64,000 nt of DNA, taken from Eutreptiella sp. 'Long Island Sound 2002'. Lineage: Eukaryota > Protista > Euglenida. Location: positions 187,488,001-187,552,000 of the forward strand of contig OZ038378.1 in the NCBI GenBank assembly GCA_964036045.1. The letters run 5' to 3'. Both the position numbers and the translations under genes were made by a program. The notes beneath the pieces were generated by a model. The model was not told where the DNA came from, searched no databases, and was given only the letters and a program-made list of their open reading frames with translations. Shown in pieces: positions 61,111-64,000 of this stretch (positions are counted from its first letter, which is position 1; every line of letters starts with the position of its first letter).

Positions 61111-64000
61111 CCCAATAGGGACGTTAAAAAATTTCCGTCAACTCTCTTCACCCACACAAGTCTGCGGTTACTTTCACCTCAATTCAACATTTTGGAATGG
61201 CCATGCAATAAGTTTGTAAGATATCCCAAGCATGCTGCATGTGCATTTTGTGTGGCGATTTTAGCACACGGAAAGATCAAATTGTGCATCGAACAACAAT
61301 TTCCACAAGCGAATAAAACACGGCACAAACTCAAGTGTGGCACATGAGATTGCTCATTGGCGTTTGTGGCTACTCGATGGCAAGAGGGGTGGCAATTTTG
61401 CATTTCTAGATGTAATTATGAAAATTGGATGGGAGTGAAGATCTTCTACACGGCATTACCACATGGTAGCATGCACGAAGGTTCTGCAATCCACAAGTCA
61501 TTGAACATATGTTGGATTGGAATTTTGAGTTCCTTTATCACACATGCAACGCGACAAACAATGCCCAAGGATTGTTGCTGTCTCGGATGAGAAAAAAGTA
61601 AGACGCCCTTCATCATGAATTTGTTGATGCTATGCACTTTGGGCTTGAACTGTCCTAGCAGCAGGGTTTCCGAACGGATGTGCGTGCGTGCGTGCGTGAA
61701 TTTGTGTATGTGTGTGTACAATAGTGAACGCCTTTAAGGGAAAGTAGCACAAGTGGGGGACAACGGGTACCCTGTTGGGTAGATTTATCCGCCTTGCTTT
61801 TGAGACGAAAAGGCTAGCAACAGAACCCACTCACATGTCCTGTGGGTGGATCTAGCACTTGTTCACATAATGGCGCTGTTGTGCAAGACGGGTGTGCTGT
61901 GAAAACTTGTGTTCCCAATTAGTGGGCGCCGTTGGCCGGCTGCGGGCGCAGGGTGCATGCCCGGCATGATTATGGGTTGGCTAGCCTGGCGGTTCACCGC
62001 TTGTGGTTTGGCGGGTACATGCCAACGGCGAGAAGCATATTGCCACCTTTTTTGTGGTCTGATTGTTGCTGAGGGAGGCCTCAAGTGTTACAGGAGGCTT
62101 TGCTCAGGGCCACATGGCACTCAATCACCTTGGGATTCGTGCCACAATCCGGTGGGGCACTTGGTCGGGAAGCATTGCCGGACGCTGTTGTTGTTAGATT
62201 CAAAGGACAGGCACCATTGGAGGGAGAGGTTGAGCGGTCCGGCAAGGCCCCGTTTCCTGATGGCAACGGTGTTGGTCTGCATGGAGGCAGACATAATGCT
62301 TTCTCTGGTCGTTTGATTGAAAAGGTGCATTTTTGGTGTGCCCGCTAGTTTGCACTACAGCTTTTCTTTCGGACCCGGGGTTCTTCCAAGAATGACTGCT
62401 TTTGCACAAAGGGGCACATCTCAAGGTGTAGAAACATGAAGGAAATGGGTCAGTGCTCGCACATAACACCCTCCACACCCAGCGCAACACCCTCGAGATG
62501 GCTATCACCATGACGGAAGCTATGACTGCGATCACAATCTACACCTCCAGCTCTTTGGTGTGCTGCACAACTACGGGCAATACCACATGCCAGTCGCATA
62601 TTGCAACAAAGCTGTCTCAAGCTGCCTCTGTCTCAAAGTCCACCTGACGACGTGGTCAGTGTGTAGCAGGAATACCCCCATCTGGTCTTTTTTAAAGCTG
62701 GTTGCTTGTCGCTGCCCTCGCCGCCCGCACTCATGAGGGTGCCCACCGCCTGCGACCACTTGCGACCCTTGAGAAAATTTTTGTACACGTCTAGCCATGT
62801 TATAGCCCACACACTCCCTCCCTCGCTACCTCGGGCCTGCGCGCCCTCCCTCCATCCCTACAAGTGTGCAAAGCATTTTTTTGGCCCATTGATGGAAAGG
62901 CATATCACGATTGTCTCTTGCACTACATAGTGGCATTGGCAATGGCTTGTTGGCTCCTTGTCAGCACAAGTGGTTGGAGGCAGGGAGCCTTGGCCTTTCG
63001 CCGCTTGGCACGATCAACACACACCTTGGAATAGCTTCCACTCAATTTGAGATATAGTCACTCAACAATCTCATCCTCCATATTGTTATTTTGAGGTGCA
63101 CTAGAGCCGGAGTTTGAATTTCTCCTTAATGTCCGGGTGGTGATGCCAAGGAACCACAACCTCATACTTCTAGAACCGACGCAAATAGAATGATACCAAA
63201 TTAATAACCACCTTCATTCACCGGAACAACTTTTCCTTCCGTGCTCACCATGTCCACGCCAAGGAGCGCGCACAATGGCAAAGGTCCAAAAAATAGCATA
63301 CAATAGCTCCACACGAGAACGGAAGAATGCATGTGTGTCATTGTATGTGGATGCCGTGCGACCAAACTCTTTATTTGGAGGTTTTCAAGTGGTGCAACAA
63401 CATGTGGGCGACCAGCATAGGCACCATGCATCCGCCAACCAAATTCCCACATTCATTTTATGCCGAGGTACAAAGTTGGTGAACAAAGTGTTGCTCCTCC
63501 CACACATGTCATGACGGCATCAGCCTATGAAACAATTGCGCTCGGGTAAAAAGACAGTTTTTTCAGTAAAAACAAAAATGTTGTCAAAAAGTACTTTCAT
63601 GTCAAAGAACGCAAGAAAATGTGTAGGTAGAGGGGTCACAACCCATAGTACCCACGGAGAGCCCTCCCCTTGGAAAAGGAAAAGGGGGGGGGGGCATCTC
63701 AAGCGCCTGCAACCGCTTTGGACCGTTGGCACCCCCCATGCATGTGTCGTTGCTTGGTGGCAATGATCGGACATGCACAGCGTGAAGCAACACCCACCAA
63801 CCGATAGTGCAAGGAGTTCACTTTGCCGGACATGTGCACCGCCTACAATTGTCTCCAGTGTTGTGCCTCACAGGGTTAGGGTACTCATGCGTCAATGGGG
63901 CAGCCATGCCCCAAAGCCAGCAGGCGACCGACCCCATAACCAGTGCGTGAGCGACCCATGACCGTTCAGTGACTGGCCCCATGAGAGGCAGGCAACACAA

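Noticed and set aside
60411-61347. Cys/Val/Leu-rich 200-300-aa ORFs
   Set aside because: Translations of the (TGTTG)n array.

Overview
Repeat-rich eukaryotic nuclear DNA, most likely from a euglenid (Euglenozoa). This is inferred from a relic of the euglenid spliced leader, GT-AG introns with non-GTRAG donors, and abundant G/C homopolymer runs. Most ORF-track entries are noise from microsatellites and decayed mobile elements. Manual splicing gives four host genes, all on the minus strand: (1) a 2-exon membrane-anchored SGNH/GDS...DxxH esterase or O-acetyltransferase (NXPE/PC-esterase-like; 1632-4641); (2) a 4-exon, two-domain cytidine deaminase with an N-terminal hydrophobic segment and a non-canonical zinc motif (13620-23642); (3) an intronless secreted DUF616 (TOD1/MUCI70-like) protein (32058-33257) preceded by a genomic spliced-leader relic, suggesting a retroposed mRNA; (4) a many-exon coiled-coil protein of unknown family (about 40.9-60 kb). 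Introns and intergenic DNA hold decayed DIRS-like and LINE retroelements, two tRNA-derived SINE heads, a TA-flanked MITE, a Mutator-like transposase relic joined to homeodomain-SAP-PHD modules, and long compound microsatellites. All family assignments come from motif recognition by eye; no database searches were run.
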